A DNA stretch of 64,000 nt, taken from assembly GCF_964355755.1 (NCBI RefSeq), contig NC_092671.1:32684304-32748303 (forward strand). Reading direction: 5' to 3'. The stretch is from Antedon mediterranea (lineage: Eukaryota; Animalia; Echinodermata). The notes under the pieces are model-generated. The model did no database searches. It was not told the DNA's origin and saw nothing but the letters and a program-made list of their open reading frames with translations. The position numbers and the translations under genes were made by a program. Shown piece after piece: positions 25,643 through 38,803 of the stretch. Position 1 is the first letter of the stretch. Every line of letters starts with the position of its first letter.

Positions 25643-26785
25643 AGTTCAAATTTAAAAAATATTACATATGGCACTGGAAAAACAAGGGTATATTATAAAA
25701 GTCACAAGCACAATTAATAAATACATTGAAAATTACAATGGAATACAAAACAAAATCATGATCTCATGGAAATGCTTTAAATAGAATTTTCACAAGCTAG
25801 AATAATTACCACTTATTGGTCACGAATGTTGCTTATCCAGGCTTCAATTCAATTTGAATAATGGATAACAAATCTACTGTTAGGATTCGGTTTGTCTGTT
25901 TTAACAACACGACAATTTAAATGAAAAAACTCATTATTTTTTTCCTGAAACATATTTGAATGTTCATCTTTATGTGTATGGAAAAGTAATTCAAAATACT
26001 GGATGGGAATCAAAGGATTATGGGATAGATTTAAATTTACTTTTAATAAAACCAGTAGGGGTTTGAAATGAAAGCAATGTACTTGCTATTAATAGAAACT
26101 GTAATCAATAGAATAAGAAGAAGTATAAGGAATGATCTAGAAGGTTATGAACATATTGTATATAAGGGGAAGTATGACAATTGTAAGAGGGAGAAGGATT
26201 TTTTGATTGAAGCATTTATTTTGAAGAAGGTTGTTGGATTAGAGGTTGGATTAGAGGTTGGATGTTATATTGTAAAGTCATTGTGAAGCTGTTGTTTAAA
26301 GTGCTTACTGGATTGTTAAAAGTTGAAGTTGATTGAAATTAAAGCTTTGTTTTTGAGTTATTTTACAACTTTGTGGATTTTGTGTGTATACTTTTATGTC
26401 ACAAGGGAGTTCCTAAAGTATTTTCAACCGCTCGGAAACATACGTAAGAGGAGTTCGACGACCTGCATAACCCCTACATCTACACAAATGTCAGCATATC
26501 CCTGCCGTTTCCTTTTTACAGGTCCATGAAAATGGAGATCTAGCATTTATTCAGTAATATATTTATGAAGTTATGGCCACCTTCTTTATTTAGTCATGTT
26601 GACAAAATTAGTCCTGAAAGAGAAAAACCAAAACAAATTGATTAAATAAACAATATACTGGTAGTACAAGGAATAAATCAAATCTCAAGTATCAATTTAT
26701 ATACTGTTTTACTGAAAAACGAAGATGGAATCATATATTAATCAATTTATTAATTAATGATTATCCAAATTATGTTCTCTACAAG

Positions 26786-27640
26786 CAATAGAGAGAAATG
26801 GCGAACCGCGATGACGTCACTCAAAATTCACCGAGTGGGTAAAGATTGTAAACAAACCATTTCGCCACATGTTTTTGTATGGGAAATTCCGATGGGTTGA
26901 GTTAAAAAGGAAGGTAGAAAAGAACGTTTAAAACACACATAATAGCAGTATCTTTTTTTTTTTGCAACACCCTTATCAATTTTAATGTTATATGGGCAAA
27001 TCTTAACATATTTTATTTTAATTTGGATTGAATTAAGACGCGTTTTTGTTATATACTGTACCCAGCTCTAGGCCCTAGATAGTTGGCATGTATGCTGTAG
27101 TACCTCGAGCCTAGCACGGATTATCGGTTATTATAATAATAATAATATTGGAAATTCGTTATTGCGTACTGTACTCACTACTACTACTTTAGCTAGGGTG
27201 CTGCTAGGCGTCTCCTAGCTAGGTAGTAAGACTAAATAAAGCCTCTCTAGTAGATGTAGGACTAGCATTAGTTTCAGCTTGACAACTGCCATTTTGTTAT
27301 GTGGCTAGTGATGCTTCCTGCAGGGGGGCTACCGCCAGTAATGATGCTTGATAACACCATTCTACTATAATACTATAGGCCAAATCTAATGTAGACCTAC
27401 AGATATGAGATATTTTTAGGAATATGATTGTGAATGATGGATGACTTTTATACATATTTCATTGTTTTATTGTGTAAATACACAAATACAACAAGAATTA
27501 TGAGCGTTACAGCAACAACATTGGTTAGACAACGCCATGATTCACGTGTATAAACATAGGAAATGTGTCTCCCTCAACGGTTTGTTATGATTTTATACCC
27601 ACTCGGATTTTAGACGTCGGTTCGCCATTTCTCTCTATTG
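26786..27640. mobile_element. Unclassified MITE
   Basis: Perfect 23-bp TIR CAATAGAGAGAAATGGCGAACCG ... CGGTTCGCCATTTCTCTCTATTG. No clear TSD. Confidence 0.75.
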
Positions 27641-27824
27641 AAGATGAGTATCATTTCACTTTAGTTTGTCCCTTTTATTCAGATATCAGAACTAAATATA
27701 TTTTCATTTTATACAAATAACCCCTCTAAATTAAAATATATTTATCTTATGTCTACTACAAATATCTCATTACTAAGCTTGGAAAATATATATATTTTTT
27801 TCATTTTAACGTAGAACAGAATTC
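27640..27824 (+). mobile_element. LINE 3' remnant (EDEYHFTLVCPFY zinc-knuckle end), interrupted by a piggyBac-like MITE
   Basis: Translation EDEYHFTLVCPFYSDIRTKYI, typical of the C-terminal Cys/His motif of non-LTR ORF2. Confidence 0.55.
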
Positions 27825-27828
27825 TTAA

Positions 27829-28870
27829 CACTTTGACTGCCAAAGGTTTTTCCAGTTAGAAACTGCCACCGCCAGCGTTTATAGCCCAATTCGATGTTTT
27901 TATAAAAGCTGATTGAAACTATGTATGTGATCTGATTTACATGTAATTTAGACTAAAATAATCATAAAGATTTTAGCTTTACAATGGTACCAAGAACGAT
28001 TTTCAAATCGCAATATGTAAATCGTAATAGTAAAATGAAAGTAACCCACTTTTTGAGTTTTTCGTAGTTTCGCGCAAGAAAGTCGAGATATTCGCGATTT
28101 TGTGCAAGACATCACAATATGAAAATATCGCCTGGTGCGATCAACAAACAACAAAAAAGTTACTTATACGGCACCGGTAGGCCTATAAAAACAAGTTATC
28201 ACTATCGAAACATGTATTACATTTTATAAATCATAAATCTTACATCAATGTTTCGCCAAAATCCACATGGTAAAGACACCAGGCCTAGTTAACTAGGCCT
28301 AAAGTTGGTCCGGAACCGTTTTACGACTAGGCCTAGGCTATAGCCTAGTACTACTAGCCTAGCTAGTAAACTGATGATAATATTCATACCATTTCCAAAC
28401 AAGTTTGTTTCGTGAAACACGGCCACTTACAGTGAAACACCAAAACAATTAGGGTATACATACAATAATAAAATTAAAGACTTCATATTGAAAATTCATC
28501 CATTATTTTTTAATCAGATAACAAACAAACATGCCAATCCACATAAACCTTTGTAATGCTTCGGCGGCATAGCTAGCGCGCGACCGATACACAATGCGCC
28601 AAACCATCGCTGTACGTGCTACTGTGATGCGCGGTGTATGTTATTTCGACAGGTACCATTTTGACAATCGTTCGTAACCAGATTAGTTACTTTCAAAAAG
28701 TAAAATATTCACGGTCCAGACCGAATATAGTGTCCATATTTATAGTATATACCAATAATTAACCTATCTACCGGATTTCGTAAAAAACGCAAAAAACGAA
28801 TATCTTCGTGTTTGGCAGTCAAGCGTTGTGTTTCCAAAAACGAAGATCTTCGTGTTTGGCAGTCAAAGTG
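27829..28870 (+). mobile_element. piggyBac-like non-autonomous element
   Basis: TTAA|CACTTTGACTGCCAAA ... TTTGGCAGTCAAAGTG|TTAA. A second copy lies at 57143-59380. Confidence 0.9.
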
Positions 28871-31800
28871 TTAAACGCACTCTAAATGTTATTGATTGAA
28901 TTGTTACATTGTATATTATTTGGGCCAAAAGCCATATAAATAACTATTTTTTTGGATCATTCCAAGAAAGAAAGTATACATAAATATATTTACCCTTCAA
29001 ATTGTACTGCTGTACTTTTTTGGTTGGTTTATAGCCTTGTTGGTTGTATCACCTGCAATTGTGTATGAAAAAAATTGAAGGAAAATTAAGAAATATAGGA
29101 TATTTAGTTTAAGAAAACGGAGACAGACTAAAACAGCATGGATTAGTTTGCTTTATTATTAGATTAGTAGGCTAGCCTAGGCTTAGGATATGTTAAAATA
29201 GCAGCCATGCATGTCATCACGACACTAGCTAGAGTAGTGATAATACAACATGCAGAACAGTAGTACTACTGTAGCTAGTTTGGGCCTACAACTACTAGAG
29301 GCCTAGGGCTAGACTTTAGAGGCCTAGGGCTAGACTTTAGAGGCCTAGCCTATGTAGGCCTAGGCCAAAATAACAAAAGTGATCATGAATGAATGGAAAT
29401 AAATCTCGTTTGTGTGGTAATGACATGTAGGCTAATAATAGGTTAATAATATAGTATTGTTGGGCTTTGTTTCTAGCCTACTATAGGCTAGTACTATGTA
29501 GAGGCCAATAAGACAATTTGCGGTCGTACACAGCCATGTAATCAATCAGCTAGCAAGGTGGGGCAAGCCAAGGCTGAAGCGCCTAGCTTACTAGCCAGCA
29601 TGCAGCGAGCGGCGAGGCCTCCATTTTGTTGTCGATCTTTGGTCATAGTTTGTAGGCCTACAGTACTGACTACAAATCATGTACCATAACCCGCGTTTGT
29701 CGCGCGTGTAAAATATGTGTAATTGCCGCGTGCCTGTATTTGCCGTGTGGACCATGACGTCATCACTTTGTAGCTTTTTACTGGTAAAATATGGAACTCC
29801 CGGTACGACGCCCGCGACAACACACACGTGGGTATCAGTTTGTTTTGTTTCTATTGTTTAGGCCTACCATCATATATGTAATCTGAACCCGCCCGTTACT
29901 GTATGTAACAAAGTTTATTTTTTCGCTATTGTTAGGCAAACAATAAATAAGAAAGTTTATAGAATTCATGTAAATTGTTTTTCATCGGGTTTTTGTTTAG
30001 AGTTCACGTCGTATTAAAATACAGAGCTAGGAGTGTTTTAGGCCAAGTACAGTATTCGCTCAAATAACTGTGACTGTGAATGGGTTTTCCGCCGCTCGGT
30101 GTAGAAAGTAAAATTATTACGTTCTTCTAACACATTTATTAAATGTCTTTTAGTATATTTGTATCTAACATGTCTGCATTGTATACTTGCTTTATAAATT
30201 ATGAAACGACTTAATAAGTTGCTAAATTGACGTTTAAAACAGATATTTGTCTGACATCAGCCCATGTTTATAATGAAAACAAAACAAGGTTCCGAAAATG
30301 GTACAGTCCAAAATGAGGTGTGCAATTAAATAATATCAACGTAAACATATGCGCACGGTATCAGGGCTGTAATTATAAGAGAACTGATTTCCCCTGGACG
30401 GGAAATGGTAAAAACTTGTATTTATTCGACCTCGCTTCTCTCTCGCTCTGGCTGTGTGCGGAGGATCGCTCCAACGTGGTTTCGTTCAGCGATTAATGGT
30501 CCAGTCCGTAACAGGGGTGTACATTAGTTACCGCGCTAAATACATGCATGTCAATACTGGTGTTGTAATATTATATAAATGTTTTCCTCCCCGACGGGGA
30601 ATGGTAAAACCTTTATGTTATTATTTGGCCTAGCAAACTGTGTGTACTCAATGGATGAACTCTACAACGTGGTGCGTACCACCAGCGACGATCGTGTTTT
30701 GAAAGATATTGTTGGGTCTTTTCTACCTTGTTTTTTTTAATGAGTTTTCTCAAATACTTAATAAATATGACTTAAAAATATATATAAACAAACCCTGAAA
30801 GCAAACTAGGCCTAGAATAGTAGTACTGTACTCCCGGTAGTAAGCCTACTATACTAAACTAGGCCTCCTAGGCCTAGGCCTAGTAATAGTATTTTCAATC
30901 ACATACATAATTGCATCATGGAGGTTTTTACCTCCATGATGGCACTATGATAAATAAATCGATTTTTTATTTCAAACAGGCCTATATTTTGTTATATAAA
31001 ATGCTGTTATCCTGTACTATAATTCCAGTTATTGACTGTTTGGTGATGATAATATATATGTACAAAACATCAACAAATTATAAATACAGTTCGCTGCAGT
31101 TGAATTACTCAATGCAGTAATGCATGAGTGAATATGGACAGTATTGTTAGTACCTAATTACACGCGAGTCACGCGTTTTTCACACCCGTGTAAAATGTGT
31201 GGGCTTGGTATATGATATGTAGTCAGTACTGTATGCCTATAGTAATAAGAGATAATAATAGACATATATGTCAGGCCTACCTTTTATAAAACAGCAAGAT
31301 TTGTGCCTCATCCTTAATTTGATGCGATTAGCCAATAATACCCATTCTAGACCTGGCATCTCTGTGCTGCGTGATCGCCGATTTTGCCGCCGAGCTACAC
31401 TGGCACAAAAACAAAGGGAGCCGTTTTTGGCTGTTGGCTTGCAGTTTTCTGATTGGTTGTTTACGGCTGCCGGCCTATACGACGCATGCTCCATTATTTT
31501 CAAAAAGTTGTGCAGTATTTCTTATTCTTTACTCGATTTTATTTGATTTAATTTAAATAATTGTTTGTTGCAATAATATAGGATTACAAATAATAATATT
31601 AATTATATTTTGAATGGTAATTACGGACCATGCTTCTATTCCCGTCACCTCAACCCAGAACACCCCCCCCCCCCCCACCTCTCCCCTGTGGCCGTATTCA
31701 CCAATCACACTTAAGTGAGATATTTCCCTTAAATCCTAAGGATTTCCCTTAAATAAAGAAAATATTAAGGGTTTCACTTAAGTGGTATTCACAAAGGGTT

Positions 31801-32236
31801 TAAGGTTAAGGGAAACCCTTAACTTGGTCTATTTTCCCCTTAACTTTTAAGGGACCTCAGAGGTCCCTTAAAAGTTCCCTTAACTATTCAGTACCTTGGT
31901 TGTGCTGACGATTCTGTATGTGCGAGTACTATGCCTACTTGTAGATGGCCCCAGTCTAGGCTAGGTAGAGATGCTAGGCCCCCTGTTGGTCTGCCCACTA
32001 ACCAGCCTAGGATTCATGTTTGGTTTGAGTAGCATCTAGGCCTAGACCTTTTTTGCTGATCCCCACCCTTACAAATTAGTCTATGCCTATATATTGATTT
32101 ATTTGTTTTGTTTTGACTGCCATTATTTTTGTGGAAGATGGCTTCCCATTTCGTTGTAATAGAAATTAGCCCCATTCTAGTAGGCTACCTAGGTAGAGAT
32201 GCTAGGCCCCCTGTTGGTCTGCCCAGTAACCAGCCT

Positions 32237-34290
32237 GGGTAGTAACAAAGTGCGAGGCAGCGAGGCACGCGAGGCAGGGAAGGCATGCGAGGCAAGTCAA
32301 AAATTTATGCGAGGCATCGTTTTACCATCATCAAAAAATGCGAGGCATCATTTTATCATTTCTCAAAATTGCAAGGCAGGAAATCACCGAAATTGAAGTA
32401 GCCTAGGCCTAGGCCCACTAGGCTAGTTTCCTTTTGCACCTGCCTTGTAATTTAACCAAGGCTTTATCCTGAATACCACAGCTTAGAATTAGGCATACTT
32501 TAATGAAGAAAAATCACATAAAAGTAACAATAAATCCATTAAATTGGTGATTTTACAGACGTTGTTTTTCTCGCATTTCGCACACTCAATGTTCAATATT
32601 TTGGTTTCTATGGAACGCCAAAAGAGCAAAATTAATTAGAGGGCTAAAAACTCTGTGGAATCCATTTATATTTAACGCATTATTTGGTGAAAATCAAGTA
32701 CAATTTCAATAGATTTTGTCACTGTCAGTAAGGAAAAATGTTACTGTTGATAATGTACACGGTTTCGTTAACCTTTTAAAGAATAAAATAGAAAAATTCA
32801 TCATAATATCCTTAGTAGGATGTCCTAGGTCTAGACTAGGTAGTGATGTTGATTTAGGATCGATTATTATTCTTTGAAAACAGAACAGTATCAGCAGTAA
32901 CATATTACAACATTTTTATTGACAAATTAACAAATATATTGAAATAAAACGTGTTTTTCACCAATAAATGCATGAGAAATTGACGTATTCCACTGAGTTT
33001 TAGTCCTCTATTATCGTTGCTCTTTTGGCGCTCCATAGAAACAAAAATATTGAACATTGAATAAGTGAAATTCGCGAACAGTGTGCGAGAAACACGCCTG
33101 TAAAATCATTAATTTAAGGATTTATTTGTTACTTTTTATGTGATTCTTTCATTAAAGTACTCATGAGGTATACTTCTAAGGTGTGGTATTCACACGATAA
33201 AGTTAGTTATCAAATTTGGAGTAAAAATACAAGCGAAGGAAACTAGCGCCAGGTTTATTAGTACGTACATGGACAACAATAAATAAAAATCGTTCGTAAT
33301 ATACCTAGCTTACTAAAACAGGAATAGTGTATCATTATTAAATATTACACCAATTATTATTTTATCAAAATTGATTAAATTATTTTCTACATAGGCCTTT
33401 ATCTAGGTTAGGGCTAAGCATATTAGTTAAAGTTTAATTTTAGGCCTAGTATTACAATTGTCGGACGTAAGTCTTTTTTCACACGCGCTCCAGAATTCTG
33501 TCGCAATTTTTTTCTTTGCGGCATGTTATTGGATCGGCATATCAGTTACCTTTTATTCACCGCCAGTTATTGAACTTGTCCTGGCAATCGCTGTTCACCT
33601 TATTTGCGAGAGAGGTACACGTGTTGTTCCTAGAGAATGGAATGTCAAAAATGTCTTTGGCACGCCGCTCAGAGAGAAGTCTGTGCGTTGCTGCTGAAAC
33701 CACGTGCTATAGGAGGGAATGCACCACAATCCTCTGAGCTGAGGGCTGAATCATTCCGCTACCTGCTAAATAGTAAAGAGGGATTTTCCATCTCTCGGGT
33801 CTACCGGATCTAGGCGCAGGGGTGTGACAAAATATTATTTTCACTCTGCTATGTTCGAGAGACATGTGAGTGAACACGCTCGAAATGCCAACAAACATTG
33901 CAGTCATTTGATGAGTGTGTCGCTATAACAATTATTGTTTATCGAAAGTTGAAGACTGTCGTTCAGATTTTTGAACCGTAGTTTGGGCACTTTTGTAAAA
34001 GTAAAATTTGACACGATATGACTTGAATGAAAAAACAATCGTTACATAAAAATAAACAACATGATGAGTGTATACACGAATCTATTTAGATACGCTTGTA
34101 TCGATTGATTATTAGGCCTATAATATAGCATAATAGCACGTTAAGATATGCCTCGCACCTTTTTGAAATTGTAAACTATATGCCTCGCACTTTTGGAAAT
34201 GATAAAATGATGCCTCGCACAAATATTTGGCATGCCGCGCATGCCTCGCTTGCCTCGCGTGCCTCGCTGCCTCGCACTTTGTCAACACTC
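32237..34290. mobile_element. Mutator-like non-autonomous element
   Basis: 9-bp TSD AACCAGCCT at 32228-32236 and 34291-34299. Imperfect TIR G.GT..T.ACAAAGTGCGAGGC with GCGAGGCA subterminal repeats. An empty-site paralogue occurs near 32000. Confidence 0.88.
32422..33247. repeat. Long imperfect inverted repeat (arms ~280 bp) inside the MULE element
   Basis: About 32422-32700 is the reverse complement of about 32950-33247 (e.g. TTCTATGGAACGCCAAAAGAGCAA / TTGCTCTTTTGGCGCTCCATAGAA). Confidence 0.8.
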
Positions 34291-34854
34291 AACCAGCCTA
34301 GGATGCATATGCCTCAATACAGACAGGTTTAGGCCTACACAGAATGTTGGTTTGTTAGTAGCATCTAGGCTAGACCTATTTTTCTTGATCCTCATACAAA
34401 TTAGTCTAGGTTTAATATTCATTTACTTGTTTTTGTTTTGACTGCCATCGTCTATACATTTTTCTCTTCATCCTCCCCATCCCCCCAACCCCTTACTCTT
34501 TTTTTAAATATGCAAATTAGTTTTAGAGAGGAAAGTGATTGGACCATAGGGGAATTAAATCCTCTGTGATTGGACAATGGGACAACTCATGAATATTTAT
34601 GATTTTTTTTACCCTTAAGTTTTACCCTTACATTAAGTGTTTTCCTTAGGTAAGTGAATCCCTTAACTCATTTGTGAATACCCCTTAAGTGTTTCCCTTT
34701 GTTAAGGGAATTCTTAAATTTTAAGTGTAAGTATTTCCCTTAGCCTAAGTGAGATTGGTGAATACGGCCACTGGGTCCTCTCCCGTACTCCCACGACGTA
34801 CACCCAGCCATCCGCTTTCGCTCTTCTCCGAATTCCCTTGGTTGTTAGGAAAAA

Positions 34855-35287
34855 AACTAGTTGCAAAACCAATTGAAACAACCTTGCCCGGTTGAAAAAC
34901 CGATTAGACCAGTTGACTAGTTAACTCAGTTGAGCTTTGGGAATACCAGTTGGCCAGTTGGAAAAACCAGTTGACCTGTTGAAAAACCAGTTGACCAGTT
35001 TGAAAAACCAGTTGACCAGTTTGAAAAACCAGTTGACCAGTTGAAAAACCAGTTGACCAGTTTGAAAAACCAGTTGACCAGTTGAAAAACCAGTTGACCA
35101 GTTGAAAAACCAGTTGACCAGTTGGAAAAACCAGTTGACCAGTTGGAAAAACCAGTTAGACCAGTTGAAAAACCAGTTGACCAGTTGTTAAAACCAGTTG
35201 AACCAGTTGGAAACCAGTTAGACCAGTTGAAGACCAGTTGGACCAGTTGAAATTTCCAACTGTTCTCAACTGGAATTTTTACCTGGG
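34855..35287. repeat. (CCAGTTGA/AAAA) tandem subterminal array ending in an EnSpm-like terminus (…AATTTTTACCTGGG)
   Basis: About 20-21-bp tandem units AAAAACCAGTTGACCAGTTG. Only one terminus is visible. Confidence 0.65.
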
Positions 35288-36958
35288 AAACCACCAAGCT
35301 ACACAGCTCCATGTCTGTAGATAAACATATACAGTTCATAGTGACTCATTTTTAAAAAAAATTTGTTCGGAATCATTTCAGTCTGCAGAAGTTGTAGACG
35401 AAAACTTTGAAGGTGAATTTATATCGGTGTTTTTCTGTTTATTTTTTCTACAGAATTATTTCATTTTAAGCGAGTTTCACTTTAATAGTTAATTTATCAT
35501 TATAACATCTCAGTAAGACTACATTAATTGACAAGAGAAACGCTGATCAGGCAGGCAGTGTTCTGTTTGGCTGCATTAACCTAATGATGAGGAAAATGCA
35601 TCTTGTTGATGGATAGGTCTTCTAACATACATTAAAAATAATACAATTTATTGTTTTGGCACAAGTGTAGGCAAAACATTAAATCTTACTGGAAAAATAT
35701 TGATATTGAAATATATTGATACTGATCAGCTTAGGCTTATAGAACTATCACCCAAACTCTGTCATGCAAATTGTAGTGGTCATGATTATTTTGTAATAAC
35801 ATTAATATCAATCTGAGCAATATAAAGCACTACCCAATGCTCTGGCTGTCTCAAAGCACTATGACCAAAAGTCTATTTTTACCAAGGGAATTCAATTTTT
35901 ATTTAGTCAGAAAATGTAAGGCTTTAAACCAATTTTCCTTGTCCTAATAATCTTTTCCAAAAACGTTTAACTATCAATCATAATTTTCCAACACAAACTA
36001 TTATCAATTCATCATTTCTAATTATAAAAATGTGGTACAAAAACAACGTTTTCATATTAGTGTTTTTCCATAAAATTCATGACACCCACGAGAAAATAAA
36101 AAACTAAACTAAATGAGAATGCTTTATAAATGTACCTCTGGATACGGTAATCAATATTATTATAAGTATATATCCCCTGAGAGAACCTGTGTAATCAATT
36201 AAAGTTATGTTAATAATAATAATCATATTCATAAAGAACTTATTGATTTTAGGAAACAAAAATAGTTTTAATGGTTAAAGTAATTTCATTGAAATCAATT
36301 GTGGATTTATGAATAAAGGCAAATATCGTACCGCATTTGGTTTTCTGTTTTTCAGACAAAATATGAAATATTTATTCTCTCAATATTGATGTTAATTCAA
36401 TAATTATAATGGTTAATTTCAGAATAATCAAATATGATATCTATTCTAACATAAAGGAGTTTGGAATAATTTGATAAAATATTTATTATCTTTGTACAAT
36501 AAAATATACAAATGTATAATATTTAATATCTATACTATCTATTATATATATATATCGACGTACAAAATCTATACTAGATGTAGATTAAAATGATTTTATT
36601 ATTTTTTAATCATAAATTTGAGACAGCTGTCTGCATCATCTGATCAAACCTGCACTTTTTCTGTGTTTCATTCAGATAATTTACATTTGGACTGGATTCT
36701 TCACACATTTCACATTATAACCAAAACTTAACATACAGTACAATTTCCTTATCCCTGGAAATACATGATTCAGAGTGCAAAAAAAAAATGTTTCATTCTT
36801 TCATATGTAAATCAAATCAACGTTGGGAAGTGCGTTGAAATGTTTGCTGCATTTGTTATGAGAGGGTTAGTCTATAATCCTCCATGTGTAAAATAAAGAA
36901 GTGCACAAGTGCCAATCTACTTCTAATGTGATCTTATGATCCATTTGTAGAAAATCTA

Positions 36959-37085
36959 TGACAATGCTGTGGGTATCACTATCAGTGTGTGGATCTCAAT
37001 GGAGATACAAATAAAACTAGCAAAAAGCTCAAAAGAAAAAGTAAAAAGCCAGAAAGAAATTTAAACTTTCTCAGTGCAATATATA
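36959..37085 (-). mobile_element. Decayed copy of the hammerhead-bearing pLTR-like segment at 51357-51530
   Basis: The reverse complement reads atattgcactga...ttctggct...gtatctccattgagatcca..cactgata...cccacagcattgtca. Hammerhead stem II has been lost. Confidence 0.7.
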
Positions 37086-37232
37086 TCACTATCAATAGAT
37101 TAGTATTAGGCCAAATAAAAAAACATACTTGTTAAGCGTCACCGCCCGCTCCTGATTATCCAGCCGCCTCTCTTTTTTCTTTTTTTTTTTCCAATATACG
37201 ACGGAAAGTTCAGTTACCCAGCTCCAGATCAG

Positions 37233-37340
37233 CAGGGCTCGAAATTCACGCTAGCAAACTAGCATTTTGCTAGTAGATTCTTCATATTGCTAGTTGAAAA
37301 TTTCAAACCTAGCAAATGTTTGCTAGTGTAATTTTTTAGC
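37233..37340 (+). mobile_element. hAT-like left end (CAGGGCTCGAAATT) with GCTAG subterminal repeats
   Basis: The CAGGGCT start is typical of hAT TIRs. No matching right end was found. Confidence 0.4.
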
Positions 37341-38573
37341 TTAGCCACGCTAGCTGCCGATCGCTGTCGACAACGGCTAATTAGGAACCAATTTGGTGAA
37401 AACAATTGTTTCATTTACACGCCGCCGATTTATGTCAAGGAAACGCGAATAGCACTGTGAATCATGTAATGTGGTAAACAGTAAGCTTTTTCCCAACACA
37501 TTAAATCACGTGCATTTAGTACGTCGTTGAGGATTACATTATCAGTCACGTGATTACAGAATACGCGATTATCAATTTAGGGATTTAACAAAATAAATAT
37601 TTTGCCTACACAGTGGTCAAGCGCGTTTTTAATAGGTTCGTAAATAGTATACACCCTATACATAATTGACTCTACCAATTTTGTTTACGATGATCTCGCG
37701 CTCAAGATCGGCACACCACGAGGTCCTGTTGGGCGATGTGTTTTCTTATGCCTGGTTTTTACCTGTGGAATAATTACACACACACACTTTTCGCATCACA
37801 AGTTTAAATACTGATTTACACAGCAATGGGCAAAGGATTCATCAAGGAAGAATACATTGAATAAAAATTCACTTAAGAAATGCTGTAAGCTGTTTTCAAA
37901 CTATAAATCAGCCCACTATTAGTATTATTGAGACCAACATCATGCTTCTCGCGATAGGGAATTTCCTGGATAGATGAGTCGAGTGAGAGACGGCGGACCA
38001 TGGCCGATAAGTGAGGCGGGAGTAGCAGCTTGGACAGATTAGTTAGCCTAGGCCTACAATTTCTCTCGGTGGCAATTAAATTTAATGTTTTAATTACGTC
38101 TGGACATAAACAATACAAAACTCAGTTTTGTCATCGGCAATAATATTTTATACATAGTCAATTTTGTTCTGTTTGAAATTTTACAAGTTTGACGTTTCGT
38201 CCTAAAAAAAAGTGGGCCGAAACGTCCATCGCGCAAAAAAAAGACTGATAGCTAAGTAAAGATCAATGCATTTGCACATGATTTAGACATTTTTGTAAAA
38301 TATATAACATTTTCTACATTAGCTGGTGATAGTAATTACATAAGCTGGGAGGCAATTTTCGTTACTACATATTAAGCTGTTGGTGTTTCTACATAAGCTG
38401 GAGGTTTTACTACATAAGCGGTGGATTGTTCTACATTAACGGTTGTTTCGACATTAGCTGGCGTTTTCTACATTAACGGTTGTAACAGGCCTCATGCATG
38501 TCAGCCTTTCCTGCTTTGAATCATACTCAATCAACAAAGAATTTAATTTTTAAAAATTAAAAATGATACTTAC

Positions 38574-38803
38574 ACTATGAAATGATAGATGAAGCATTTC
38601 CAACCACTTGGACGTTCTAGGAAGTTATACACTTTTCCCTGGAATGTCATTCTCACAACCTGTTGTTTTCCAACATGTTTTGAATACTTTCTTTGCAACT
38701 CATCTTCAGAAGTAGCATTTCCTGGAACCGAACGATAATCCACTTGTAAATAGCTCTGATTATCCGTCGACACTACGGACGAAATAAAACCATACATTTT
38801 CAT
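38574..38803 (-). CDS. KCNQ1: KCNQ1-like (Kv7) voltage-gated potassium channel, first visible coding exon (N-terminus to start of S1)
   Basis: Translation ends ...[23 protein letters not shown], matching the KCNQ1 pre-S1 signature ([21 protein letters not shown]). Phase-2 donor ATA GT|GTAAGT at 38573. The ATG at 38803 is a plausible but unproven start. Confidence 0.9.

Larger units (their letters stand above)
31689..34770. mobile_element. PIF/Harbinger-like MITE carrying nested insertions
   Basis: CTG|TGGCCGTATTCACCAATC ... GATTGGTGAATACGGCCA|CTG, with a 3-bp CWG TSD and CCCTTAA subterminal repeats at both ends. Confidence 0.88.

Noticed and set aside
34926-35339. 137-aa NWSTGF-repeat protein
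   Set aside because: It is a translation of the CCAGTTGA subterminal tandem array.
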